DNA from: Candidatus Cloacimonadales bacterium
Lineage (GTDB): Bacteria; Cloacimonadota; Cloacimonadia; Cloacimonadales; JAFGVF01
Assembly: GCA_963663475.2 (NCBI GenBank)
Contig: CAXXJV010000001.1
Location: 832,001 to 896,000, forward strand
Direction of reading: 5' to 3'
DNA: 64,000 bases
Both the position numbers and the translations under genes were made by a program. Positions 10,224-21,262 of the stretch are shown here, one piece after another. The notes beneath the pieces were generated by a model, which ran no database searches, was not told where the DNA came from, and saw nothing but the letters and a program-made list of their open reading frames with translations. Within the stretch, counting starts at the first letter, position 1; each line of letters starts with the position of its first letter.

Positions 10224-12395
10224 ATGAATTTGTTAAATGAATTAAATAGAGAACAAGAGCAAGTAGTATCAACAACAGAAGGTGCTGTTTTAGTTCTTGC
10301 TGGGGCTGGTTCTGGTAAGACAAGAACAATAATTTATCGAGCTGCTTATTTGATAAATGTTAAGAAAGTAGATCCTTATAATATCTTGATTGTTACTTTT
10401 ACTAATAAGGCTGCCAGTGAATTGCGTGAGAGGTTGTATTCTTATTTCGGGATAAACCCTGGACGTCTATGGGTAGGTACTTTTCATTCAATTTGCTTAA
10501 GAATCTTAAGAAGTGAATATAGGTATACTAAGTTTAATTCAAACTTTACAATCTATGATAGTGATGATCAGAAGTCATTACTTAAGAAAATATATAAGAA
10601 ACTAGGGATAAATAAAGAGAACTTTCCTTTAGCCCAAATGAAATCATCTATAAGTCGAAGAAAAAATGATTTTCTCCTACCGGAAGACTTACAGTTCTTA
10701 AAAGATGAAGGTTTCTCTAACAGAATCTATTTACAAGTTTATACGGCTTACCAAAATGAACTGGTTAGTAATAATTCAATGGATTTTGATGATATACTTG
10801 TATATACTTTAAAACTTATGCAAGAAAATAAAGACGTCCTTTCGAAATATCAGGATATCTTTAAGTATGTTATGATTGATGAGTATCAAGATACAAATGT
10901 TATTCAGTACAAATTAACCTCTCTTTTAGCCCAGCCAGACAATAATATTTGTGTTGTAGGTGATGATGATCAAGCTATTTATTCTTGGCGAGGTGCTGAT
11001 ATTACTAATATCCTTAAGTTTGACAAGATACATAAAGAGACAAAAGTCATTAGATTAGAACAGAATTATAGGTCAACTAAGCAAATTTTAGATTTAGCAA
11101 ATCAGCTAATAAGTAACAATGAAGAGAGACATCCCAAGCAGTTAAGAACAGATCTTGATTCTAATCAAGAACCAGTTATGAGAAGACTCGAAACTGATGT
11201 CGATGAAGCAAGATATATTGTTGAAGAAATTATCAATATTCAAAAGAAATACGGACTAAGTCTTAATGATATCGCTGTTCTCTACCGAACTAATTCCCAA
11301 TCACGTTTGCTAGAAACAGAATTAATCAAATATAGCATTCCCTATAAGATTGTAGGGGGAATAAATTTCTACCAACGTAAAGAAATAAAAGACATATTAG
11401 CCTACCTTAAGTGTATTATTAATCCTTCTGATAATGAGAGTTTTCAAAGAATTATCAATACACCCACTCGCGGGATTGGTAAGACTAGTATTACTGCAAT
11501 TATAAATTATGCAATTGATAATAGATTAGCTCTTAGTCAAGCAATAAACCAAGTTGATAAGATTGATAGTCTTAGTTCAAGAGCAAAAACAGCAGTTAGT
11601 AAATTTGCCAGCTTAATGAATAAATGGAGAGATAAGGTTAATTATCTTAATTGTTTTGAGATAACTAACTTAGTTATTTCTGATATTGATATTATCCAGA
11701 AACTGGCTAAATCTGATGACCCAAAACTAAACTCACAAGCTGATAACCTTAAAGAATTTATTAGCTCTACTTCCCAGTTTAGGGAAGAGTTCTTACAGAA
11801 TTTTGAAGTAGAACCTCAACTAGATGACTTTCTTAATTCAGTCCAACTGTTAACTGATCTAGACCGGTTAGATAGAGATTCTGATTCCGTAAATCTCTTA
11901 ACAATTCATAATGCTAAAGGCTTAGAGTTTCAGGCAGTTTTTATTGCTGGTATTGAAGAAGGATTACTTCCACATAATAGATCAACCTTTGAGAATAAAG
12001 GGATAGAAGAGGAGAGAAGACTATTATATGTTGCTATTACTAGGGCAAAAGAATATCTTTATTTAACTTATGCGAATTATAGAAGAATTAATGGCTTAAA
12101 TGATGCATCAGCACCCTCTAGGTTCTTATCAGAAATAGGGGTTAAAACTTCCAATAGAAGTAATTATGTTATGCATCCACAAGCACCTAAAAGAAAAAGT
12201 TTGTCTTCTGTAAAGAAACCGAATAAAATAGTTAGTAGTGGTAAGTTCAGACCTGGTGATAAGATTCATCATGAAGTCTTTGGCCAAGGAATGGTTATAA
12301 GTTCTAATGGTCAGGGAGATAACATGATCCTAACCATATCATTTACTAGCGGCTTACTGAAAAAAATTAACGCAAGATATGTAGAACTCGTTTAA
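10224..12395 (+). CDS. pcrA: ATP-dependent DNA helicase PcrA/UvrD
   Basis: AGAGSGKT, TFTNKAA, DEYQD, VGDDDQAIY, LEQNYRS, TIHNAKGLEF and YVAITRA motifs; C-terminal Tudor-like domain. Confidence 0.95.
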   Translation: MNLLNELNREQEQVVSTTEGAVLVLAGAGSGKTRTIIYRAAYLINVKKVDPYNILIVTFTNKAASELRERLYSYFGINPGRLWVGTFHSICLRILRSEYRYTKFNSNFTIYDSDDQKSLLKKIYKKLGINKENFPLAQMKSSISRRKNDFLLPEDLQFLKDEGFSNRIYLQVYTAYQNELVSNNSMDFDDILVYTLKLMQENKDVLSKYQDIFKYVMIDEYQDTNVIQYKLTSLLAQPDNNICVVGDDDQAIYSWRGADITNILKFDKIHKETKVIRLEQNYRSTKQILDLANQLISNNEERHPKQLRTDLDSNQEPVMRRLETDVDEARYIVEEIINIQKKYGLSLNDIAVLYRTNSQSRLLETELIKYSIPYKIVGGINFYQRKEIKDILAYLKCIINPSDNESFQRIINTPTRGIGKTSITAIINYAIDNRLALSQAINQVDKIDSLSSRAKTAVSKFASLMNKWRDKVNYLNCFEITNLVISDIDIIQKLAKSDDPKLNSQADNLKEFISSTSQFREEFLQNFEVEPQLDDFLNSVQLLTDLDRLDRDSDSVNLLTIHNAKGLEFQAVFIAGIEEGLLPHNRSTFENKGIEEERRLLYVAITRAKEYLYLTYANYRRINGLNDASAPSRFLSEIGVKTSNRSNYVMHPQAPKRKSLSSVKKPNKIVSSGKFRPGDKIHHEVFGQGMVISSNGQGDNMILTISFTSGLLKKINARYVELV

Positions 12396-12406
12396 GGAGT
12401 TATAAA

Positions 12407-13363
12407 ATGAAAAGAATACTTATTCTCTTAGTAGTGGTCAATATATTTTCTTTACTAGTTGCTTTCGATAAATATGCAGGAGAGATATACGAGATACCTG
12501 TAGGGGTTCGTAATATTGCTTTAGGTAATACAGGGTTAACAGACACAAAGGGATACGCTCCAGCATTCTGGAACTCTGCTTTATTACCAGAATTAACTAG
12601 TTCTAGACTTGAGTTAATGCATGCAAAGGAGTTTGATGGGCTTTTTAAATATGATAGCTTTTCTTTCTATTATAAGTCACAAAATCCTGTAGCAATCAGT
12701 CTAACTCGTATTTCCATAAATGATGTTCCCTTAACAAAGCTGGAAAATGGTCAACTACCCTTATCAAATGACAACAGACCTTATGCTTATAAATATGTGG
12801 ATAATAACGATTACTTGCTCAATATTGCATTAGGAAGAAAACTGAATGATAAAATAAATTTTGGAATTAGCCCTAAGCTTACCTATAGAAAGTTGGCTGA
12901 GGAAAATGCCTGGGCTATAGGTGCTGATATAGGTTTACTTTATAAGGCTAGCCCTAACTTTAAAATAGCTTCCAAAGTCAATAATGTGCTTGCTACTCAT
13001 ATTCTTTGGGAAAATGGAAGTTATGAAATGGCTTCCCCAAAAGGACAGTTGGAGTTTCGTTATGATTTTAATATCTGGAAAGATAACTTGATTTTTGAGC
13101 TGGTTATGCGAAGTGATATCTATATGTTCGCTGATAGTGATATTGGCCAATATGATTTAGGCTTTACTTCGGTGAGCAATCATTATGGACTTGCTATTAG
13201 CCCCTACCCAAATATATCTTTTTTAGGTGGCTATGATGTAGATTCAATAACTGCAGGAGTAGATCTTAGAATAATGGACTTCTCCTTGTTCTATGCTTAC
13301 AAGAATAATGATGATGGTGAATTAGGTAATTCGCAAAAAATTTCCTTAGGATATATGTTTTAA
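12407..13363 (+). CDS. PorV/PorQ-like outer-membrane barrel
   Basis: Signal peptide, GVRNIALG...AFWNSA N-terminal plug motif, terminal ISLGYMF. Confidence 0.7.
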   Translation: MKRILILLVVVNIFSLLVAFDKYAGEIYEIPVGVRNIALGNTGLTDTKGYAPAFWNSALLPELTSSRLELMHAKEFDGLFKYDSFSFYYKSQNPVAISLTRISINDVPLTKLENGQLPLSNDNRPYAYKYVDNNDYLLNIALGRKLNDKINFGISPKLTYRKLAEENAWAIGADIGLLYKASPNFKIASKVNNVLATHILWENGSYEMASPKGQLEFRYDFNIWKDNLIFELVMRSDIYMFADSDIGQYDLGFTSVSNHYGLAISPYPNISFLGGYDVDSITAGVDLRIMDFSLFYAYKNNDDGELGNSQKISLGYMF

Positions 13364-14508
13364 TGAATAAAAAGAAAGTAGTTATACTAGGAATCACAGG
13401 TTCTATTGGTGATTCAACATGTGAAGTTATTAGGCAGAATAGAGATAAATTTGAGATAGTCTTAGCTAGTAGTCATAGAAATTTCCCTAAGATGATGGAA
13501 TTACAAGAGGAATTCTCTATAAGTCATGTGGTGGTTACAGGTGATGGCTTTTCTGCCAGAAAAGATGATTATGGATGTCAAATCTATCTAGGACAAGCAA
13601 GCTTACTTGCTTTACTGGAAGACCTAGATTATGATATTGTTATCAATGCTATTTCAGGTTCAGCAGGACTAAGGTCAACTATCACAGTTTTGGAGAGGGG
13701 AAAGAAACTTGCTTTAGCTAATAAGGAATCATTGGTAATGGCAGGACATTTGATTCAGAAATATACTAAAGATAATCCTATTCTTCCTGTAGATAGTGAG
13801 CATTCAGCTATTTTTCAAGCTTTAGGTAATCATAGCACAGAGGAAGTAAAAGAGCTAATCATAACAGCTTCTGGAGGTTCTTTTAGAGATAGAAAATTGG
13901 ATACCTTTAATTCAATAACCTTGGAAGATACCTTAAAACATCCAACTTGGAATATGGGGGCAAAGGTCACTATTGATTCTGCTACTATGATGAATAAAGG
14001 CTTAGAGGTAATTGAAGCCCACTGGTTATTTAATATGCCTTATTCAAAAATCAAAGCTATTATTCATCCCCAATCTATTATTCACTCGCTTGTGAAATTC
14101 AAAGATGGCTCCTTACTAGCTCAAATGAGTAAGCCAAGCATGCAAATACCTATCCTTTATGCCTTAACTCATCCTAAACATATAGAATTTAATAATGTGG
14201 AAACTGACCTTCTTAAGATAGGTGAATTAACTTTTAGAGAAATTGAAGCTAAACGTTATCCTCTCTTTTTCCTAGCCTTGGAAGTAGGAGAAGAAGCTGG
14301 AATTATGCCCACAATTATGAATTCTGCTAATGAAGCCTGTATAAAACTATTTACTGACGGCATTATTGCTTTTAAAGACTTTTATACCATAATATCTGAA
14401 ACTCTCTTAGCTTCCAAACAGGTGGTGAACCCATCTTTAGATGAAATCATAGAAATAAACGAAAACATTTATAAGCAAATTATTGATAGGTACAAAAACA
14501 AAAGATAG
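13363..14508 (+). CDS. dxr: 1-deoxy-D-xylulose-5-phosphate reductoisomerase
   Basis: LGITGSIG, LALANKESLV, PVDSEHSAIFQ, TASGG and HPTWNMGAKVTIDSATMMNKGLE motifs. Confidence 0.97.
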   Translation: MNKKKVVILGITGSIGDSTCEVIRQNRDKFEIVLASSHRNFPKMMELQEEFSISHVVVTGDGFSARKDDYGCQIYLGQASLLALLEDLDYDIVINAISGSAGLRSTITVLERGKKLALANKESLVMAGHLIQKYTKDNPILPVDSEHSAIFQALGNHSTEEVKELIITASGGSFRDRKLDTFNSITLEDTLKHPTWNMGAKVTIDSATMMNKGLEVIEAHWLFNMPYSKIKAIIHPQSIIHSLVKFKDGSLLAQMSKPSMQIPILYALTHPKHIEFNNVETDLLKIGELTFREIEAKRYPLFFLALEVGEEAGIMPTIMNSANEACIKLFTDGIIAFKDFYTIISETLLASKQVVNPSLDEIIEINENIYKQIIDRYKNKR

Positions 14509-14544
14509 TTAGTAATTAAAAGAGGGGAATAGGTTTGGTTAAAG

Positions 14545-16821
14545 ATGTTGAAGGTAATTCGTAGTAGAATTCATAATCTCTTCATACCTTTAATTTTTTG
14601 GATTCTTGGTATTTTGTTGGCTACAAAACTTAATTACCATTGGACTCTTCATTTAGTGGCATTAGTTTGTCTGATTTCTTTTCATCTTTTTCGCAAACTA
14701 AGATTTTTCCTAATTCTCCTTCTATTCACTTTACTTGCTTGGTTATATACAAGTAGTTTCCTAGGGGAATCTAGCCAAGATATTAGTTACTATTTAAGGC
14801 AAACAGAAGTTATTAGCGAGATGTTCGAATATAAAGTAGAAAATATAAAGAGGACTTCTAAGGGAAGTAGCTATTATATTATTAGTTTAAAGAAACTTAA
14901 CAACTTTCAAATTAAGGGGAAACTTCTCTTATATAGCAGAATAGATTCTTTACAGATTAATAACATCTATCAAAGTAATTTGCAAGTCTTTCCTATAGAT
15001 AAAGTTAAAAATCCAGGTGAGTTTGACTATCATAAGTTTTATAATTATCAGGGGATTAGGGGAAGGGCGTTCACAAATGGTTTAACTAAACATATTGCCC
15101 AGGAAGAAAATCTTTTACAAGCCCTTAAATCCCATATTGTTACTAAAATTCAAAGTATTTATACTGCTAAGTCTCCTCTGGCATTAGCTCTTTTCATTGG
15201 AGATAAGGCTATGCTCAATATTGAGCAGGATAAGCTTTCTCAGATGGGACTAATCCATATTTTTGCTGTAAGTGGCTTGCATGTAGGGATTATCTACCTT
15301 AGTCTTTTAACCCTGATAAATCTATTCTTAAATCAAAACAAATCAAGAATTATAGCATCACTCTTATTAATATTTTATGGTTTTTTGTGTTCTTGGTCAC
15401 CCTCAGTCTCACGAACGGTTTTAATAATCCTAATCTATAATCTTGCTCTTGTTTTTCAAAGGAAAATTTCTTTTCTGCAGATAATATCTATTAGTCTTTT
15501 TATCATCACTATCAGTAATCCCTTGCAAGTTTTTTCAGTAGGCTTACAACTTTCCTTAACAGCCTTTATCGCTTTATGGATTGCTGATCGTGTATTTATG
15601 CCCTATTATTACAAAAGCATAAGAAAATATTCAGTCCCGAAATATATATCTCGACTTGTGCAATATCTTGTCTTCACCCTATCAATAATTATCTTCATCT
15701 CACCACTCTCTGCTTATTATTTTAATATCATAACCTTTAATGCTATTTTAACAAATGTGCTTGCAACACCATTAGTTACCCTCATGTTAAATGTAATTCT
15801 TGTGTCTTTATTTCTCCCCCAAAATTTATTTGTCCAAGATTATCTAGCTGCAGCTTTTACCTTACTGGCAAGAGCATTTGAAGAACTAGTCGTCTTGGCT
15901 GAAAAACTACCTTTCTTTACAAGAAATATTAGCCTTACTGGGATAGAATTCCTAATTATTCTTATATCTCTTAGCTTGATATACCTGCTTCATAAGAAGA
16001 AAAAACTTTTAGCTTATCTTTTGTCTTTTACTTTAGCTTTATTGTTTATGGCAAGAGTCTTAGGTTTTTTTACATTCTACCATAATCAAGTTATCTGCTT
16101 TGCTGCAGGTAATGCAGATTGCTCATATCTAGAGTTTGCTGATGGACTAAACTTAGTAATTGATACTGGGTCTCAAGAGCAAAATCCCGTAATTGTTAAA
16201 ACAGCTCTTATCCCATATCTCAAGAAGAGACATATTACTTCCCTAGCTTGTGTTATGATTACTCACCCTCATGAAGACCATTATGGTGGACTTCCCTTAC
16301 TGGCTGATAATATCAAAATAGACCAGATTATTATTCATGAATCAGCTTTAAATGATGCTAAGTTTTCTACAATAATAAATGAATTGCCAACTGAAATTAA
16401 AGTAGTAGTCCTAACAGATACTATGTCTTTTTGGAATAGACGAGTAAATATCCTGCATCCTACTAAAGACTATAAGTCAGAAAATATGAATAACAATTCT
16501 CTTGTGGCTATGATTAATTATGCAGATAAAAAACTACTTTTTACAGGTGATATTGAAGAAGATGCTGAGAAACATCTTATTAAAGTCTATCATAATGAAC
16601 TTAATGCAGATTTTCTTAAAGTTCCTCATCATGGTTCGATTACTAGTTCAAGCTGGGATTTTCTCCAAGAAGTTGCAGCTAGTCAATCTTATATCCCAGC
16701 TGGGAATAGAGATAGAGAGCAGTTCCCCAATAAGCTTATCTTAGAAAGATTAAAAGCGCTGGAATCTATGATTCATAATGGAAATGAGGACGGGGCTTGG
16801 GAAATGAATTTTGGAAATTGA
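14545..16821 (+). CDS. comEC: DNA internalization competence protein ComEC/Rec2
   Basis: NPGEFDY, HIFAVSGLHV, and a C-terminal MBL domain (THPHEDH, TGD, KVPHHGS). Confidence 0.93.
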   Translation: MLKVIRSRIHNLFIPLIFWILGILLATKLNYHWTLHLVALVCLISFHLFRKLRFFLILLLFTLLAWLYTSSFLGESSQDISYYLRQTEVISEMFEYKVENIKRTSKGSSYYIISLKKLNNFQIKGKLLLYSRIDSLQINNIYQSNLQVFPIDKVKNPGEFDYHKFYNYQGIRGRAFTNGLTKHIAQEENLLQALKSHIVTKIQSIYTAKSPLALALFIGDKAMLNIEQDKLSQMGLIHIFAVSGLHVGIIYLSLLTLINLFLNQNKSRIIASLLLIFYGFLCSWSPSVSRTVLIILIYNLALVFQRKISFLQIISISLFIITISNPLQVFSVGLQLSLTAFIALWIADRVFMPYYYKSIRKYSVPKYISRLVQYLVFTLSIIIFISPLSAYYFNIITFNAILTNVLATPLVTLMLNVILVSLFLPQNLFVQDYLAAAFTLLARAFEELVVLAEKLPFFTRNISLTGIEFLIILISLSLIYLLHKKKKLLAYLLSFTLALLFMARVLGFFTFYHNQVICFAAGNADCSYLEFADGLNLVIDTGSQEQNPVIVKTALIPYLKKRHITSLACVMITHPHEDHYGGLPLLADNIKIDQIIIHESALNDAKFSTIINELPTEIKVVVLTDTMSFWNRRVNILHPTKDYKSENMNNNSLVAMINYADKKLLFTGDIEEDAEKHLIKVYHNELNADFLKVPHHGSITSSSWDFLQEVAASQSYIPAGNRDREQFPNKLILERLKALESMIHNGNEDGAWEMNFGN

Positions 16822-16942
16822 CTAAACCACTAATTACTAGCTTTTTGCCGAAAGTAAAAGACAATTAGTTTTTTTAAAATAATTCTGTACAAAAAGTGCC
16901 TAGAAAAATATCAGTAAGAAACTAAAAATTAAGGAAGAGAAA

Positions 16943-18145
16943 ATGAAACAAAAGTATCTATATATCATTTTAATTATATTATTTATAAATATCTCTAAAA
17001 TAGTAGCCTTTGATTTAAATCAAGCAACAAACTGGTTCAAGGAATACTACACAATTAGTGAAGAAGATACGCAAAAACTGATACCCTTTGGTTTTTATGT
17101 AAATGAAGCTGGTTTCATGGTGGGAGCTTTCTATTATAATACTAACATACTTGCCAGTGGAGCTCAAACATCACTAGTTGCCATGTACAGTCCAGAAACT
17201 CAAATTTCTACCTTTTGGGCTGATTTCGACAATATTTCTTTAACAGATAAAACAAGTCTCTATTCTACCATCAATATCCTTAAGTTTAATGATGTTCGTA
17301 TCTATTGGAAGGGTAATGATAGTCCTAATATTGAAGCAAGTTATACCCAGTTGCCTGATGGAAGCCTTATTCCCAAAAACAAAGGTTATCATGTCAAAGA
17401 AGGTTGGGCTAACAACTTCAAAGTAGGACTTAAACATCAATTATTAAGCAATAATGCTCTCTATGGAGAATACCGATATAATGTTTCTACTTCTAATAAT
17501 AGTGATGATTCTCTTACTGATGAAGTAATTCTGAGATTTGAATCTTCTTTTCTGGATAATAAAAATAATCCTCGCAAGGGAAGTAAATTCATAGCTGATA
17601 TTGCCAAAAGTATTGACCTTCTTGGACATGATGCTAATAATAATTGGGATTACTATCGCTTATCAGGTGAGATTATTCATTTTATTCCTCTACCTCAATC
17701 AGCAACTTTAGCTTTTAGACTATATAGTGTTCATATGGGAGGTAAGAAAGTTGTAGATGAAACTAGGACTGCTTTCATGAATAATATCTTAAATGATCAA
17801 GGTAGATATACAGAATATGCTCCTTTTATGGCCCAAGCTTATTTAGGTGATTTTGATAATTTCCGTGGTTATTATATGTACAGATTTAGAGATAATAATC
17901 TTTTATCATTACAGATGGAAAATAGATTTCCTATTTCTGGTAATAGACTTTATGGTGTTTTATTTGGAGAAGTAGGAAGAGTTGCTGAGGAATACAAGAT
18001 TAGTAATTTTCTACAAGATATGAAATATTCTTATGGAGCAGGTGTAAGATTCTATTTCAATCCTGATATTTTAGTGAGAGCAGATATAGGACATTCCAAT
18101 GAAGAATTAATGCAAGTGCGTATAATGTTTGGGCAGGCTTTTTAA
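16943..18145 (+). CDS. Omp85/BamA-TamA family barrel without POTRA domains
   Basis: Signal peptide; DNKNNPRKG, FRGY lid motif, YSYGAGVRF, terminal FGQAF; only 400 aa. Confidence 0.75.
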   Translation: MKQKYLYIILIILFINISKIVAFDLNQATNWFKEYYTISEEDTQKLIPFGFYVNEAGFMVGAFYYNTNILASGAQTSLVAMYSPETQISTFWADFDNISLTDKTSLYSTINILKFNDVRIYWKGNDSPNIEASYTQLPDGSLIPKNKGYHVKEGWANNFKVGLKHQLLSNNALYGEYRYNVSTSNNSDDSLTDEVILRFESSFLDNKNNPRKGSKFIADIAKSIDLLGHDANNNWDYYRLSGEIIHFIPLPQSATLAFRLYSVHMGGKKVVDETRTAFMNNILNDQGRYTEYAPFMAQAYLGDFDNFRGYYMYRFRDNNLLSLQMENRFPISGNRLYGVLFGEVGRVAEEYKISNFLQDMKYSYGAGVRFYFNPDILVRADIGHSNEELMQVRIMFGQAF

Positions 18146-18251
18146 ACCCATGGTAAAGTAATTTAAAAATATAGTAATAGGTTAACTTGCAGTAATTAAA
18201 CAAGTTATGTATTTATAACTAATCAATATTTTCCCATTTTAAAGATTATTC

Positions 18252-18285
18252 TTGACAGAAAATAACATCCATACCGTTTAGTATG
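18252..18285 (+). promoter_or_regulatory. TTGACA -35 box plus CATAC-N6-GTATG palindrome (probable TetR operator)
   Basis: TTGACA at 18252-18257; inverted repeat at 18270-18285, directly upstream of the tetR gene. Confidence 0.55.
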
Positions 18286-18317
18286 CTATAAAAAATAATA
18301 CTAAATAAAGGTGGAAA

Positions 18318-18935
18318 ATGGCACACAATAAAAGTGAAGCAGCAGAGACAAGAACAACAATAATCTTATCTGCTTTAAAGTTATTTTCGGAAAAAGGATT
18401 TGATGCAACTTCAATATCTGAGATTTGCAAGAAGGCAAACATCACCAAAGGGGCACTTTATTGGCACTTTAAGGATAAGCGAGACTTATATTATCAGCTT
18501 ATATCTGAAGTCATAAAAGAAATCTTAGGTGAATCAATGTTATTAATATCTGAAGAGAAGAGTCCTATTTTAAAGATGAAGAAACATCTAAACAATTATT
18601 TAACCAATATAGCTAATAATGAAAGTTATCAAGATGCTTATCGTTTAATGGTAAGGGAAATGCAGTTTGATCAGTTGGCAGATATTGAACAGATGTTAGC
18701 AAATATCAAGAAAGAATATGATTTTGAGTCAATTTTTCAAGCAGCAATAGATCAAGAAGAGTTATCTAATTTGCTTACGGCAAAGCAGTATTATGATATG
18801 TATGTACATATGTTTGATAGTATAATAATTAATTGGATTTGGCATGGTAAGAATTTTGATCTTCTCAAATGGGGAAATCAATATTTTGATTATGTTTATA
18901 GAGTAGATTTATTAAGGAGTAAAAATGAAATTTAA
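18318..18935 (+). CDS. TetR/AcrR family transcriptional regulator
   Basis: HTH region LFSEKGFDATSISEICKKANITKGALYWHFKDK. Confidence 0.95.
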   Translation: MAHNKSEAAETRTTIILSALKLFSEKGFDATSISEICKKANITKGALYWHFKDKRDLYYQLISEVIKEILGESMLLISEEKSPILKMKKHLNNYLTNIANNESYQDAYRLMVREMQFDQLADIEQMLANIKKEYDFESIFQAAIDQEELSNLLTAKQYYDMYVHMFDSIIINWIWHGKNFDLLKWGNQYFDYVYRVDLLRSKNEI

Positions 18936-20205
18936 GTATATCATACTTTTATTAATATTTCCGTTATTTTTAAGCGGATTAACACTGGAAGAGGCAGAGC
19001 AGATAGCTCAAGAAAACAATAAGGATATTAAAATAGCTCAAGAAGAAAAGGGAATGAGTTTTTCTAATTATAAGAGTATAAAAGGATCTTTATATCCTCA
19101 ATTGACTTTAAGTGGATCTTATGGTTTGAAGAAGACAGATGTACCAGAGATTCTACCTGCGGGTAGTATGGCAGAGAAAGAGATGCCTTTGAACACTGTA
19201 TTATCTATGAATCAGATTTTATTTTCTAGTGATGTATTTAATGGTTTAAAAGCAGCTAGAGTTTATAATAGCATTAATGATACTATGCTAGATATAACAG
19301 TTAGAAATGTTTTGTTTAAGACAAGAAGATTATTTAATAGTGCTCTTCTTAGCAAGCATGTTGTAGAAATTAATGAAGAAGCATTACAGATAGCAAATGC
19401 CCAGTATGAAAGAGTATCTAATATGTTTGAGCAAGGTCTTGTTTCTGAGTATGATAAATTGCGAGCAGACTTACAAGTCTCCCAATTACAACCTCAATTA
19501 CAGGAAGCTAAAAACAATTATCAGTTGGCCTTGCAAAGTCTGCAAAATCATTTAGGTGATGAAGTAGAGATTAAGGAAGTTGAGGGCCAATTAAGTGAGC
19601 CTAAAATGGAAGAGATAACTTTAGATTATGCTATTAAAGAGGGCTTAGAAAGGAGATTGGAGTTAGATGCTTCTCAGCTTAATGTGGATATCCTTGATAT
19701 TCAATATGAGAACCAGCTTAAGTCATATTTACCAAGTATAGCTTTAAACGGGAGTTTTACTAACTTTACTTCAACAAATGATTATGAAGTAGAAGCAGAT
19801 AATTTTGGTAATATCTATTCTTTAGGAATAGCTTTTGAGATGCCTTTATTTACAGGATTTTCTAATCTAAATAAAGCTAAAGAGTATAAGTATCAGTTGA
19901 AATCTGCAAGATTAGAAACATCGGTACTTTATGATAATATTAAGTTGGAGATTAAGAGTAATTATCTTTCACTAGAAAAAGATAAAAAGAATCTAGTAAC
20001 AGCTAAAAGGAATAAAGAGCTGGCTAGTCGTGGTCTAGAAATAGCTGAACAGATGTATGCTAACCAGTTAGGAACTTACTTAGATGTGCAAAGTGCACAG
20101 TTGACTTATAACCAAGCACAGGTCAATTATATATCAGCGGTTTATAGTGTGATTAATTCATACGAGAGCTTGCTTAATGCAATGGGAAAGAATTTTAAAT
20201 CTTAA
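18925..20205 (+). CDS. TolC family outer-membrane efflux protein
   Basis: Signal peptide, two OEP repeats (YPQLTL, PLFTG), operon context. Confidence 0.9.
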   Translation: MKFKYIILLLIFPLFLSGLTLEEAEQIAQENNKDIKIAQEEKGMSFSNYKSIKGSLYPQLTLSGSYGLKKTDVPEILPAGSMAEKEMPLNTVLSMNQILFSSDVFNGLKAARVYNSINDTMLDITVRNVLFKTRRLFNSALLSKHVVEINEEALQIANAQYERVSNMFEQGLVSEYDKLRADLQVSQLQPQLQEAKNNYQLALQSLQNHLGDEVEIKEVEGQLSEPKMEEITLDYAIKEGLERRLELDASQLNVDILDIQYENQLKSYLPSIALNGSFTNFTSTNDYEVEADNFGNIYSLGIAFEMPLFTGFSNLNKAKEYKYQLKSARLETSVLYDNIKLEIKSNYLSLEKDKKNLVTAKRNKELASRGLEIAEQMYANQLGTYLDVQSAQLTYNQAQVNYISAVYSVINSYESLLNAMGKNFKS

Positions 20206-20215
20206 GGAGAGATTA

Positions 20216-21244
20216 ATGATAAAGAAAATTTTTATATTAATAGTAACTGCCTCCCTCTTTTTAGTAGTAGGGTGTCAAAAGAAAGGACAAGAAATTGAGG
20301 CTAAATCATTAGAGGCTATTTACCGAGAAGAAGGTATTCCTGTAAAGGTAGAAGAAGTTTTAGAGCAAGATTTTACAAGATACCAGACATACTACTCAGA
20401 AGTTTTACCTAGTAAAAGTACTCAGATTTTTGCTAAATATGAAGATCGTATAGCAAAGATTAATGCTGCTGCAGGTGATTTTGTTAAGAAAGGACAAGTT
20501 ATAATCGAGTTTAATCCTAATAACAGGTTCGGAATTAAAGAAACACAGGCAAACTATGACATAGCTTTAGCTACTTATAATAGAATGACAGAAGTATTCA
20601 AGACTGGTGGAATAAGTCAGCAAGAGCTTGATACTTATGAAACTCAGTTAAAAGTGGCTCAAGCAGCAATTGAGAATATTAATGACATGTTAAGAGTAAA
20701 AGCTCCTTATGATGGATATATCACAGAATTACCTGTTTCTGAAAATGACTATATTTTCATAGATACAGCCTTATTTACTATATCGAATTTGAATAGCTTG
20801 AAGTCTGTCTTATGGGTAAACGAAAATGATATTAAGTTTGTCAGAGAAGGAATGTTTGCTTCCGCTAAATGGAATGGCCAAGAGATTAGTGGTCAAGTAG
20901 ATAAAGTTGCAATGGCTATGGATGCTCATAGAAGAGCTTTTAGGGTTGAGGCTTCCTTTGATAATGCAAAGAGATCAGTAAAAGCAGGAGTAACTTCAGA
21001 AATCAATTTACTTCTCTATAAGAAGGCTAATGTTATTGGTGTTCCTACTGTAATGGTCAGAGAAATTGAAAGCAGTCCTTATCTTTGGGTTGTGGAAGAT
21101 AATAAAGCAGTTAGAAAGAATGTTGTATTAGGTCAAACAGGTAATGATTTAATCGAGATATTAAATGGATTAAAAGCTGGTGATGTTTTAATAACAGAAG
21201 GCTATCATTTAGTTTCTGATGATGATAAAGTAACTATCAAATAG
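20216..21244 (+). CDS. RND efflux periplasmic adaptor (MFP) lipoprotein
   Basis: ATG 20216 after AAGGAG; lipobox VVGC; GDFVKKGQ, VKAPYDG and GLKAGD motifs. Confidence 0.9.
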   Translation: MIKKIFILIVTASLFLVVGCQKKGQEIEAKSLEAIYREEGIPVKVEEVLEQDFTRYQTYYSEVLPSKSTQIFAKYEDRIAKINAAAGDFVKKGQVIIEFNPNNRFGIKETQANYDIALATYNRMTEVFKTGGISQQELDTYETQLKVAQAAIENINDMLRVKAPYDGYITELPVSENDYIFIDTALFTISNLNSLKSVLWVNENDIKFVREGMFASAKWNGQEISGQVDKVAMAMDAHRRAFRVEASFDNAKRSVKAGVTSEINLLLYKKANVIGVPTVMVREIESSPYLWVVEDNKAVRKNVVLGQTGNDLIEILNGLKAGDVLITEGYHLVSDDDKVTIK

Positions 21245-21262
21245 TTTAAAAGTGGAGAAATA

